Below, one piece after another: positions 28,466 to 37,579 of a stretch of 64,000 nt of DNA. Under the pieces are notes generated by a model. That model was not told the origin of the DNA and searched no databases. It saw only the letters and a list, made by a program, of their open reading frames with translations. The translations under genes were made by a program, and so were the position numbers. The stretch's first letter is position 1; the number at the start of each line of letters is the position of its first letter. The DNA lies in contig JAZKJG010000001.1 in NCBI GenBank assembly GCA_040384445.1, forward strand, positions 71,650 through 135,649, given 5' to 3'. This DNA comes from Patescibacteria group bacterium (GTDB lineage: Bacteria; Patescibacteriota; Minisyncoccia; Phycocordibacterales; CAIZLB01).

Positions 28466-29740
28466 ATGCTCGATATCAAATTCATCCGGGAACACAAAGA
28501 CATAATTAAAGAAGCTTCACGAAAGAAAAGAATACCATTTGATGTAGATGCGCTTATTTCCTTAGATGATACACGACGGACTCTTTTGACAAATATGGAA
28601 AACAAAAAGGCTGAGCAAAACAAGCTAGGTCTTTTTATTGCCAATCCACAACACCTTGGATCAAACTATCAGAAAGAAGAAGTGATGGAGAAACTGAAAG
28701 GATTAAAAGAGGAGATGAAAAAAGAGGAAGAAGAATTAAACACTGTCATGAAATCATGGCAAGAAATGATGCTTGGAGTTCCGAACGTTCCAGACATGTC
28801 AGTGCCAGAAGGGGCGAGCGAGGATGATAACCAGGAACTACGAGTATGGGGGGATGTTCCTAAATTCGACTTCGAAGTTAAGAATCATATTGAACTATGT
28901 GAATCTCTGGGGATGGCAGATTTTGAACGAGGAGCAAAGATCTCAGGATTTAGAGGATATGTATTAAAAGGAGCAGGGGCTCGACTTGAATTTGCGATCT
29001 GGCAATACGTGATGGATTTTCTAATCAAGCGTGGATACGATCCTATGATCGTTCCATCACTCGTTCGACGTGAATCACTTCTTGGAACTGGATACATTCC
29101 ACAAGGTGAAGATGATTTATATAAAACACAGGACGGAGATTATCTTGCAGGAACTGCAGAAGTTGCAACAATGAGTTTTCATGCAGGAGAAGTGTTAGAC
29201 CAAAAAGAATTACCAAAAAAGATTATTGCATTCTCACCATGTTTTAGACGAGAGGCAGGAAGCCACAGTAAAGATACAAAAGGACTTATTCGAGTACACG
29301 AATTTTTCAAACTGGAGCAAGTGATTTTGTGTGAAGCAAGTCATGAGCAATCTGTGAATTTCCATGAAGAACTTTTGAAAAATACAGAAGACATTATGCA
29401 AGAGCTTGAGATTCCATATCGAGTACTCCTTATGTGTACAGCAGATATTGGACTTGGACATGTGAAAAAATATGACGTAGAAGCCTGGGTACCAAGTCAG
29501 AACACATATAGAGAAACACACAGCGCATCGTATTTCCACGATTTCCAAGCACGACGACTAAACATCCGATACCGAGATGCTGAAGGTAAAATGAAATTCG
29601 TTCACTCTTTGAACAACACTGCAATCGCAACTCCTCGAATTCTTGTAAGTATTATTGAAAATAATCAGCAAGCTGACGGAAGTATAAAGATTCCAAAAGC
29701 TCTGCTTCCATACATGCATGGTAGTGAAATCATTAACTAG
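28466..29740 (+). CDS. serS: Seryl-tRNA synthetase
   Basis: N-terminal coiled coil plus class II motifs (FRRE, GLIRVHEF, YNTAIATPR). Confidence 0.95.
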   Translation: MLDIKFIREHKDIIKEASRKKRIPFDVDALISLDDTRRTLLTNMENKKAEQNKLGLFIANPQHLGSNYQKEEVMEKLKGLKEEMKKEEEELNTVMKSWQEMMLGVPNVPDMSVPEGASEDDNQELRVWGDVPKFDFEVKNHIELCESLGMADFERGAKISGFRGYVLKGAGARLEFAIWQYVMDFLIKRGYDPMIVPSLVRRESLLGTGYIPQGEDDLYKTQDGDYLAGTAEVATMSFHAGEVLDQKELPKKIIAFSPCFRREAGSHSKDTKGLIRVHEFFKLEQVILCEASHEQSVNFHEELLKNTEDIMQELEIPYRVLLMCTADIGLGHVKKYDVEAWVPSQNTYRETHSASYFHDFQARRLNIRYRDAEGKMKFVHSLNNTAIATPRILVSIIENNQQADGSIKIPKALLPYMHGSEIIN

Positions 29741-30470
29741 GCGAGAGAGACGAAGAAAAAAACTGCTCTTGTATGTTGCGGTGGTTTTTTGCATTGCGAT
29801 ATTTTTCTATCTTATATATTCATCACTATTTAAAATTGCTGATGTAGAGGTAACGGGTGCAAAGCATACAGATATTGTAGCTTTGAAAAATGATGTACAA
29901 GGCATACTTCAAGGAAATAGATTTTTGATCATCCCAAACTGGCACACCTTTTTATATCCAAAAGGAAATATCGAAGAATACATTTTAAAAACATACCCAA
30001 GTGTTGAGACTGTTGATGTGGGGGTTAGTGTAAAGAAAGTTGTGAAGATTGAGATTAAAGATAGATTACCACTTGGAGTGTGGTGTGGAGATGAATGTTA
30101 CTTCTATGATGACGAGGGAATTATTTTCAAGAAAAGTTTTAAATACACTGGACCTATCTTTACTGCGTGGGAAAGAAATCCAAAAACATCAGTGAGTTTT
30201 TTGGAGAAGGTGTCTTGTGAAGATTTGTGTACTAATCTCGTGTTTTCAAAATTTTTGGGAGATAACCAGATTGAACGAGCGGTGATTTCTGAAGAGATGG
30301 TTGAGTTTTATAGTGCAAATGGATACATGATTAAGGCTGGGTTTAATGCAAGTACGACGATGAGTCATATTAGGACAATAGGTGAGCAGAAGCCTGATTT
30401 TTTGAATGGGTTGGAATATGTGGATGTGCGGTTTCCAACGAAGATTTTTTATAAGGAAAAAGCTATATAG
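29718..30470 (+). CDS. FtsQ/DivIB-like cell division protein (POTRA domain), single-pass membrane
   Basis: Basic N-terminus, then a TM, then IADVEVTGAKHTDIVALKNDVQ...PNWHTFLYP, which is POTRA-like. Confidence 0.55.
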   Translation: MVVKSLTRRERRRKKLLLYVAVVFCIAIFFYLIYSSLFKIADVEVTGAKHTDIVALKNDVQGILQGNRFLIIPNWHTFLYPKGNIEEYILKTYPSVETVDVGVSVKKVVKIEIKDRLPLGVWCGDECYFYDDEGIIFKKSFKYTGPIFTAWERNPKTSVSFLEKVSCEDLCTNLVFSKFLGDNQIERAVISEEMVEFYSANGYMIKAGFNASTTMSHIRTIGEQKPDFLNGLEYVDVRFPTKIFYKEKAI

Positions 30471-30814
30471 GAAAAAGCCACCATACCTGAGTAGGTGGCT
30501 TAAGAGATTCTCAGGCAACTGAGTTTCTCCGTTTGAATATTGTGTGCAGATTATAAACACATATCGTGTGAGAGCTTGCTGTGCCGTCAGACCAAGTGGT
30601 TGTAATCTGAAGAAGGACACCGCCAGAAAGCATGCGGTTTCCTGGCTGAGGTTCAACAATTTTTGATGTTGTGGAAAGTGCCTTCTTCTTCGGTTTTCTC
30701 TGGAAGAATTTGAACATGGTATTTGGTGTAACTGAGTTAAGAGATCCTTTACGGATTATAGCATGTAAACATCTTCTTGATTTAGAGAGGAATTTTGTGG
30801 TATATATGTTGCAT

Positions 30815-30886
30815 GGCCCTATCGTCTAACGGTTAGGACGGAGCGTTCTCAATGCTCAAATCAGAGTTCGATTCTCTGTAGGGTCA
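30815..30886 (+). tRNA. tRNA-Glu (anticodon CTC)
   Basis: GGCCCTATCGTCTAACGGTTAGGACGGAGCGTTCTCAATGCTCAAATCAGAGTTCGATTCTCTGTAGGGTCA. The anticodon loop is TTCTCAA. Confidence 0.8.
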
Positions 30887-30890
30887 CAAA

Positions 30891-31304
30891 ATGAAAATAT
30901 TATTTCTATGTCGCGGAAATGTTGGAAGAAGTCAAATGGCAGAATTTTTAATGAAGAAAAATTTTGGAGATACATATGATGTTATATCTGCTGGGACAAA
31001 ATTAAGTGGTCCAGAAGAAGAGATCGGGAATTTAACTCCTGCAATAAATGAAGTGCTTGAAGTTATGAATGAAGAGGGGATTGATGTTTCTAAAGCTATT
31101 AGAAATCAGGTTACAGAAGAAATGGTAAATAGTTCTGATAAGGTTATTGCTTTGCTTGAAGATGAAGAACTTCCTGAATATTTGGTAGATTCTCCAAAAG
31201 TTATAAGGTGGTATGTTGTTGATCCAAAGGGTAAGGACTTAGATGAGACAAGAAAGATTAAGGATGAGATTAAGGAATTGATTTTAAATATGGATTTTAA
31301 GTAA
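30891..31304 (+). CDS. Low-molecular-weight phosphotyrosine phosphatase / ArsC-type arsenate reductase family protein
   Basis: CX5R P-loop in LFLCRGNVGRSQMAEF, close to the ArsC-type CTGNSCRSQMAE motif. Confidence 0.8.
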   Translation: MKILFLCRGNVGRSQMAEFLMKKNFGDTYDVISAGTKLSGPEEEIGNLTPAINEVLEVMNEEGIDVSKAIRNQVTEEMVNSSDKVIALLEDEELPEYLVDSPKVIRWYVVDPKGKDLDETRKIKDEIKELILNMDFK

Positions 31305-31309
31305 TCAAT

Positions 31310-31837
31310 ATGTTTCTATTTATCATGGAAAAAATTTTTGATTTAGTAGCAAAACTACTTTGGATAATTTCTAAAAAAACTTTTAACTTTTTGTCTCCAT
31401 TAATAATTTACCCAAAAAAAACCTTAGTAGGAGATTTTACAAGTATCCAAACGCTGCAAATCATCAATAGAAGCGGGCAAAATTTATATGATATTTATGT
31501 TGCAGGAATGTCTCGTGAAATAAAAGGTGGGTTCGATATAAAAATTGTTTCGAGTAATATCCCTAATGCAAAAACAGTTGAATATACAAAAATAAATACA
31601 AATGCTTTTGTTGTAATAGCTCAAGACCCTAAAACAAAAATACAACTATGGATCTATAGAATTCATCATATGGAACCGAGAGCTAAAATTGAGATTAAAC
31701 TAAAGATAAAAAGTAGTAAACCAGTATATTTTAAAAATCTAGGTTTTTCTTATAAAGAAATTTTTATTAAAGAATGGAGTAATGGGTCGCTAAATATTCC
31801 ATTTACAATAAAAAAACTACCTAATATAAAAGAATAA
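31310..31837 (+). CDS. Hypothetical protein (N-terminal hydrophobic, very AT-rich)
   Basis: ORF only. Confidence 0.35.
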   Translation: MFLFIMEKIFDLVAKLLWIISKKTFNFLSPLIIYPKKTLVGDFTSIQTLQIINRSGQNLYDIYVAGMSREIKGGFDIKIVSSNIPNAKTVEYTKINTNAFVVIAQDPKTKIQLWIYRIHHMEPRAKIEIKLKIKSSKPVYFKNLGFSYKEIFIKEWSNGSLNIPFTIKKLPNIKE

Positions 31838-31841
31838 ATTT

Positions 31842-32216
31842 TTAATTTGAAATTTTTCTCCCCTCCGGTCTAAACTTCCACGACACGACCGTCAACACTG
31901 TTAACAATATCGCAGGCAACATCGTCGTAAACGCATCTCCATTTCCAAAGTGAGAAAACACAGCGCCTGACATACAAAAGAAAAATCCTGCATACGCCCA
32001 CTCCTTAACCAACGGATATTTCGGAACAAGAATCGCAATCGTTCCTAAAATTTTCCATACACCAATTATCATAAGAAAATAAACAGGATACCCAAGTTGT
32101 GTAATAAATTCTACTTCTGTAGGAGTTTGCATTATTTGTATGATTCCACTTGAGACCATTCCAAGTGCAAGCCATACTGTTGAGATCCAATAGATGATTT
32201 TGTTTCGTTTTGACAT
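31842..32216 (-). CDS. DoxX family membrane protein
   Basis: 124 aa with a 4-TM DoxX-like topology (WKILGTIAILVPKYP...AYAGFFF). Confidence 0.55.
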   Translation of the reverse strand: MSKRNKIIYWISTVWLALGMVSSGIIQIMQTPTEVEFITQLGYPVYFLMIIGVWKILGTIAILVPKYPLVKEWAYAGFFFCMSGAVFSHFGNGDAFTTMLPAILLTVLTVVSWKFRPEGRKISN

Positions 32217-32337
32217 GGTTTAATTGTATACCAGAACTATATTTGACCCTAACCCTCTAATCCTGTACTCTAACCCCAGAGTCGAATCATCGACAACGCC
32301 TCGTTTACGGCTCTGTAAACACTTCCTAAACATTCCC

Positions 32338-33021
32338 ATGTCCTTTCCTCCGTATAAAACAAAAACTTCAGAACAGTGGATCAAAGAATACGAAAAAAGA
32401 GATGCACTTTGGATCCATGATGGTAACCCGCGTCGCCCACACGTTAAGCTTCGCAGTGGTGAGCACTCAAACGGATTCTTCAACAGTGAACTTGTGTTAC
32501 AAGACCCGATGTTGATGGATGAAGTCTGTTGCGCAATTTTAACTTCAATTATGGCCATGGGCCAGCATCTTTCAAATATTAAAAGAATCGTTGGTCCTGC
32601 AATGGGTGCAATTACGATTGCACACGATGTTGCCCGTCACGTTACTCTTCGAACGGGTGGTGTTTGTTTTAGGGCTTACACCCAGAAAGCACCGGATGGA
32701 ACTATGATGTTTGAGAGGACTGAAATTGATCCTAAGGATCGCATCATTCTTGTTGAAGATGTGATCACAAAAGGAGGATCGGTTATGAGTACGGCCGCTG
32801 CTGTAGAAAAAGCAGGCGGGATAATTCTTCCTTATGTCGGTGCGATCGTGAACAGGTCAGGGCTTCATGCAGTCGGTGGAAAAGCTATTGTTGCCCTTAT
32901 TACTCATCATATGCCAAAGTGGAGTGCGGAAGAATGCCCACTTTGTGCAGTGGGTTCAGGAGTTGTATCTGATCCCAAGAAAAATGAAAACTGGGCACGA
33001 CTCAATATGCCTTACGATTGA
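32338..33021 (+). CDS. pyrE: Orotate phosphoribosyltransferase-like PRTase. The ORF extends to 32224, but the start is probably MSFPPYK.
   Basis: PRPP-binding motif ILVEDVITKGGSV. The N-terminal LRSGEHSNGFFNSELV resembles OPRT. It is clustered with pyrD and pyrC. Confidence 0.65.
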   Translation: MSFPPYKTKTSEQWIKEYEKRDALWIHDGNPRRPHVKLRSGEHSNGFFNSELVLQDPMLMDEVCCAILTSIMAMGQHLSNIKRIVGPAMGAITIAHDVARHVTLRTGGVCFRAYTQKAPDGTMMFERTEIDPKDRIILVEDVITKGGSVMSTAAAVEKAGGIILPYVGAIVNRSGLHAVGGKAIVALITHHMPKWSAEECPLCAVGSGVVSDPKKNENWARLNMPYD

Positions 33022-33034
33022 TCAATCTCGAATT

Positions 33035-33068
33035 CCCGGCACCTCACAGAGGTGACCGGGTTTTTTAT
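33035..33068 (+). terminator. Terminator hairpin cccggcacctc-aca-gaggtgaccggg plus T6, copy 1 of a near-identical 38-bp repeat
   Basis: Strong GC stem followed by ttttttattt. Essentially the same sequence recurs at 35065-35099. Confidence 0.7.
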
Positions 33069-33147
33069 TTGATTTACCGCCCAAATTCCTGTACTCTTCT
33101 CTCAGGATCTCAGACTTTAACATTCAACAAGAAAGGAAAAAACCAAC

Positions 33148-34014
33148 ATGATATTACTTTCAAACGGTCACGTACTTAAGTATGTAGTAGCAAGCGGTGC
33201 TCTCGCATTTGATGCGAAAGGATGGTGGTGGGAACAACCACTTCGGTGGCGTAGACGCATTAAACCTGAACTCTTCTCAGTAGTGATTAAAACACTTACC
33301 TACGAAGAGACAAAGGGAAATTTGAAAATGTGGAAGCCGTGGGATTGTGTTCGTCTATTAAAAAATGGAGGAGTGCTTAATAAAATCGGTCTGACAAATA
33401 AAGGGATCGAATGGTGGCTCAAAAAAATTGCTCCGAAGATTAATTTCCACGAGCAAGCCGTTATTGTTTCGATCTCTGGATCCCGGGAGCATATCCTCAT
33501 CATGATTAAACAACTGAACCATCTCCCGATCAAAGCAATCGAAATCAATGGATCATGCCCCAATACTGTTAGTGGGGTTACTGATTCTGGTTACGTAATT
33601 GAAACATTCAAGCAAGCTAAAGTTGTCTCAAAGCATCCACTCATTGTAAAAGTGGGAGTTACTCAAGATTACATGGCAATTGCAGAAGGGGTCAGAGGGT
33701 ATGCCGAAGCTATTGCATTAAACAGTGTGCCTTGGCACGTTGTCAATCCAGATAAAAAATCACCATTGGCAAAACTCAAAGGAGCTGGCGGAGGAGGTGT
33801 GTCAGGGAAACCTGCACAAGAATTTAATTGGCCGGCAGCAAAAGAGCTTGCTGAAAAAAATTATCTCCCCGTCATCTGCCCAAGCATCATGGAATACGAA
33901 GATTTGGAAAAAGTCGATGAGCTGGGTGCGAAAGCATACAGCTTCGGAGCTGTCCATGTTCGTACACCATCAAAACCAACCTCAATCGTAGAAAGACACC
34001 AAAATGGAAACTAA
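33148..34014 (+). CDS. pyrD: Dihydroorotate dehydrogenase family protein (class 1-like TIM barrel, catalytic Cys)
   Basis: IEINGSCPNT, GGGGVSGKP and LNKIGLTNKG match DHOD/PF01180 motifs. The N-terminus is atypical and Trp-rich. Confidence 0.65.
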   Translation: MILLSNGHVLKYVVASGALAFDAKGWWWEQPLRWRRRIKPELFSVVIKTLTYEETKGNLKMWKPWDCVRLLKNGGVLNKIGLTNKGIEWWLKKIAPKINFHEQAVIVSISGSREHILIMIKQLNHLPIKAIEINGSCPNTVSGVTDSGYVIETFKQAKVVSKHPLIVKVGVTQDYMAIAEGVRGYAEAIALNSVPWHVVNPDKKSPLAKLKGAGGGGVSGKPAQEFNWPAAKELAEKNYLPVICPSIMEYEDLEKVDELGAKAYSFGAVHVRTPSKPTSIVERHQNGN

Positions 34015-35050
34015 TAGGATTCAAATTAATCGCTGGTTCGATCGACATCTTCATCTTCGTGATGGAGAAATGCTCAAAACAGTGCTTCCTTGTACACTTG
34101 CTCAGCGCCCGACTGGAGCACTTATCATGCCAAACTTGGTTCCTCCGATTACCACCATCGAAAGAGCGGTGGCATACAAGAAGAGAATTCAAGCTCTCAT
34201 TCCAGATGGTTGTGATTTCAACCCTTGTATGTCAGTGTACCTTACCGATAATACAGATCCTGAAGAAGTGAAACGAGGATATGAAGAAGGTGTATGGGTT
34301 GCCGCAAAGCTCTACATGGCAGATATAAATGGTAAGGGTGGGACAACAAATTCAGAAGGTGCAGTAAGAAATTTGCGAAATCTGAATAAGGTTTTTGCAA
34401 CCATGGAAAAAATTGGCATGCCATTACTTGGCCATTTCGAAGTTGCGGAGAAAAACGTCGATCCGTACGATCGTGAAGTAAGGTCATTAAAGCGAGATCT
34501 AAAGCCACTACTGAAATCATTCCCTGAATTACAAGTGGTTGCAGAACATGTGACTGATGGTCGGATGGCAGATTTCGTTGCTGAAGCGAACTATAAAATA
34601 TTCGCAACAGTGACTGCTCATCACTTGCTGTTCAGTCGAAATGCACTTTACGATGGTGGCATGAATCCGATCAATTACTGCAGACCGATCCTTAAGAGGG
34701 AAAAGCATCAGTTAAAACTTCGTAAGTATGTTACCTCAGGCAACCCTCGATTCGGAGCAGGTACAGATTCAGCGCCTCATCCCCGAGAGGAAAAAGAAAA
34801 GTGTTGCGGTTGTGCTGCTGGTGTATTTCCAGTAAATTCAGCCGCACTATATGCAATAGTATTTGATGAAGAGAATAAACATGAGCACATGAATGGCTTC
34901 ATGTCTCAAAATTTTCTCCATCTATATGGCATTCGTCCATCTAAGGAATTCATGACGATTAAGCGCCAACCCTCGATTATTCCAAAAATGGTTGGATCAG
35001 TCCACGTATTCAAGGGTGGAGAAACTCTTGAATGGACAGTAGAAGATTGA
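34004..35050 (+). CDS. pyrC: Dihydroorotase, class II (PyrC-like)
   Basis: DRHLHLRDG (compare E. coli DWHVHLRDG) and GTDSAPH (E. coli FLGTDSAPH). Length is about 348 aa. Confidence 0.75.
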   Translation: METNRIQINRWFDRHLHLRDGEMLKTVLPCTLAQRPTGALIMPNLVPPITTIERAVAYKKRIQALIPDGCDFNPCMSVYLTDNTDPEEVKRGYEEGVWVAAKLYMADINGKGGTTNSEGAVRNLRNLNKVFATMEKIGMPLLGHFEVAEKNVDPYDREVRSLKRDLKPLLKSFPELQVVAEHVTDGRMADFVAEANYKIFATVTAHHLLFSRNALYDGGMNPINYCRPILKREKHQLKLRKYVTSGNPRFGAGTDSAPHPREEKEKCCGCAAGVFPVNSAALYAIVFDEENKHEHMNGFMSQNFLHLYGIRPSKEFMTIKRQPSIIPKMVGSVHVFKGGETLEWTVED

Positions 35051-35064
35051 TATCAAAATTACTC

Positions 35065-35099
35065 CCCGGCACCTCACAGAGGTGACCGGGGTTTTTTAT
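35065..35099. terminator. Terminator hairpin, copy 2 of the 38-bp repeat. It is bidirectional between pyrC and the minus-strand Nudix gene.
   Basis: ccccggcacctcacagaggtgaccgggg plus T6. Nearly identical to 33035-33068. Confidence 0.7.
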
Positions 35100-35611
35100 T
35101 TAAACCCTATCATCTCAAGTGCTTTTCGAACTGGCTCAACCCAACTCGGATCAATTGATGTAAACCATTCAATCTTTGCATTTTCTGCATTAGGTGTAAT
35201 TAGTGTATCCATATCTACTGGAACCTCATACAAATTCCAAATTGAATTCCATGTCGGTCGTTCATTGTGACCAGGATTTATGACACTTAGATTTCCTATA
35301 AAATTAATTGCAACATTTTCAATACTAAGTTCACGTTTCAAATGTCGTTTACAAGCATCTACTGGTAACTCTCCCCAATTTAATCTACCACCTGGAACAA
35401 ACCATTTATGTTGAAATGAGGGTTCAAAACGATATCCTAGTAAAAATTCTTTTGTACCATTATTAATCCGTGTGAGTACGAAATCTGCAGTGGGTACTGG
35501 GAGCCATTTTAAAACTTCATAAAAAATCTCGTCGGGAATTCTTTTTCGATTTGCAACAAATTCAGCAATCTCAGCTTCTGATACAAGATCTGTGTCTGTG
35601 TAAATATTCAT
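35096..35611 (-). CDS. Nudix hydrolase, GDP-mannose mannosyl hydrolase-like (paralog B). The ORF extends to 35752, but the start is probably MNIYTD.
   Basis: WFVPGGRLNWGELPVDACKRHLKRELSI matches the GDPMH/NudD motif (WFVPGGR...E...R...EELG). It is about 55% identical to the adjacent paralog. Confidence 0.7.
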   Translation of the reverse strand: MNIYTDTDLVSEAEIAEFVANRKRIPDEIFYEVLKWLPVPTADFVLTRINNGTKEFLLGYRFEPSFQHKWFVPGGRLNWGELPVDACKRHLKRELSIENVAINFIGNLSVINPGHNERPTWNSIWNLYEVPVDMDTLITPNAENAKIEWFTSIDPSWVEPVRKALEMIGFK

Positions 35612-35673
35612 GATGGGATTATAACATAAAACCTCTGGAGCAATTGCTTGCTCCAGAGGAGTGGGGAGGAGGG

Positions 35674-36183
35674 TTATTCCCAGAGGAATCCAAGACTGCG
35701 CAGTGCGTTTTGTACTGGTTCTGGCCACGATGAATCGATGTGGGTGAACCATTCAACCTTCGCATTCTCCTTGTTGGGAGTCACAATGGTATCGAATGGT
35801 ACTGGAACCTCGTAAAGGTGCCAAATCGAGTGCCAAAGAGGACGGTCGTCACTTTCGGGATTAATGACACTAAAGTGACCTTGAAACTCGATGGCAGGAT
35901 ATTGAATCCCAAGCTCCCGTTGGAGGTGCCTGTAGCATGCTTCATCAGGAGTCTCTCCCCAATTGAGTCGTCCACCTGGCACAAACCAAGTGTCTTTGAA
36001 TGGTGCCTCGGTACGGTACCCGAGGAGGAATTCCTTTTTGCCACCCTCATTCTTCCGAGTGAGGATAAAATCGGAGGTCGAAATCGGAACCCATTTGAGT
36101 ACTTCACGAAATACGTCATCGGGGATCCTTTTTCTGTCAAACATCAATTTCTCGATCTCTTCTTTTGTAGGGAAATAATCCAT
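35674..36183 (-). CDS. Nudix hydrolase, GDP-mannose mannosyl hydrolase-like (paralog A)
   Basis: WFVPGGRLNWGETPDEACYRHLQRELGI. It is a tandem duplicate of the downstream gene. Confidence 0.7.
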   Translation of the reverse strand: MDYFPTKEEIEKLMFDRKRIPDDVFREVLKWVPISTSDFILTRKNEGGKKEFLLGYRTEAPFKDTWFVPGGRLNWGETPDEACYRHLQRELGIQYPAIEFQGHFSVINPESDDRPLWHSIWHLYEVPVPFDTIVTPNKENAKVEWFTHIDSSWPEPVQNALRSLGFLWE

Positions 36184-36250
36184 TTTTTATCAGTCTTTCT
36201 ATCAGTTAAGGTGCTTACGTATTATAGCACAATCCACCCTTAAAGTCAAA

Positions 36251-37579
36251 CTACATCACCACACTCACCGTCGTACCCACACCCTCTTCACTCTCAACCA
36301 ACAACTTTCCGCCAAGATACTGCTCAACTGCATACTTAGAAGACGACAATCCGATTCCGCAGTTTGTTCCATTTTTCTTCGTACTATAAAATGTATCAAA
36401 AATCTTTTCTAAATCACTTTCTGCAATTCCTTGTCCAGTATCAACAACAGAAATACATGTCTTGCCTCCAGTTGGTACAACATGAATATAAATACTATTA
36501 TCTTTTCCTTCACACGCTTCGCATGCATTTGAAATCAAATTCAGGAGCACATGATTCAAAATAACTTTTTTTGTTTCAAGTCCGTATGATATGGGTCCAT
36601 GCACTTCAACGATGATTCCTTTTTGCATGTATAAATGTTTTGTAATCAAAAGTATATCTTGGATTTCTTGTATCACATCAAAACTTTCTGTCTCAAGATT
36701 AAATCGAATTTGTTTTCGCATCGTTTCAAGCATATGCTCAATTTTGTTTGAAACGTTTTGCATGTTTTTTAGTTGAAGCAGCGGTTCAGATCCAAGTGTC
36801 TCATCTGGAAATGATTCAAGGTAGAGCTTCAGTGTTTGAATAGGTGACATGAGATCGTGAAAAAGTCCGCTGGATAATCTACCAAACTCCACAAATCTAT
36901 ACACGGTTGCTAAATGTTCTGCTTGTAATGCTTTTGCCTCATCAATCTTTTCTTTTACTCGCACCTCAAGAGCGTCACGTTCATTTTTTAAAATCTTCTC
37001 TGTACGCTTTGCACGATCAAGTAATGTATCCTTAGATCTTTCTGAAAACATTAAAAGCGCAGTAATGATTCCAAACACGATCGATATCTCGACAATATCG
37101 TTTAAAGCAAATACGTCCCCGTGCCACGTTTCTGTTATTTCAAAAAATCCTCTATACCAATAGCCAACACACATCATACTGATCACTGCGAGTAGGTGAG
37201 TCTTGTTTCGTGATTCATCTCCAACGATTGCAACGATGAGAATTGAAAGAATGTATCCAAGGAGAACAGAAGGTAAATCAAAACCCCACCAAATTCCAGC
37301 TAGGGTACAAATGGTAATTATGGTTGTACTTAAAATAGTCAGGGAGAGCTCTGTGTGTTTACGATAATTTGCAATATATGCGCCGAAAAATAATACAACC
37401 GCAACAATACCAGTCCACAGAGAGAATCCGACATACGTTTCTTGTTGCTGTATTTGACTCCATACAAGTAAGCTCAAATACAAAAGAGAAAACCCAAAAG
37501 CAAAGATACTACAGCACGATAAGATATATTCTGTACGGGATGTTTCCACAATCAGTACTATAGCATATACTATATGCAT
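36251..37579 (-). CDS. Sensor histidine kinase (multi-TM N-terminal sensor, HisKA and HATPase_c). There is no cognate response regulator in the window.
   Basis: H-box SSGLFHDLMSPIQTL and G2 box GIGLSSSKYAVEQYLGGKL. The N-terminal 170 aa has about 5 TM helices. Confidence 0.88.
   Translation of the reverse strand: MHIVYAIVLIVETSRTEYILSCCSIFAFGFSLLYLSLLVWSQIQQQETYVGFSLWTGIVAVVLFFGAYIANYRKHTELSLTILSTTIITICTLAGIWWGFDLPSVLLGYILSILIVAIVGDESRNKTHLLAVISMMCVGYWYRGFFEITETWHGDVFALNDIVEISIVFGIITALLMFSERSKDTLLDRAKRTEKILKNERDALEVRVKEKIDEAKALQAEHLATVYRFVEFGRLSSGLFHDLMSPIQTLKLYLESFPDETLGSEPLLQLKNMQNVSNKIEHMLETMRKQIRFNLETESFDVIQEIQDILLITKHLYMQKGIIVEVHGPISYGLETKKVILNHVLLNLISNACEACEGKDNSIYIHVVPTGGKTCISVVDTGQGIAESDLEKIFDTFYSTKKNGTNCGIGLSSSKYAVEQYLGGKLLVESEEGVGTTVSVVM

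Noticed and set aside
30471-30814. SRP (4.5S) RNA assignment for the GC-rich region
   Set aside because: I compared it by eye with the E. coli 4.5S domain IV (CCAGGUCAGGUCCGGAAGGAAGCAGCC). There is no convincing match to the GGAA-tetraloop or AGCAGCC core. It is kept only as an unspecified ncRNA candidate.
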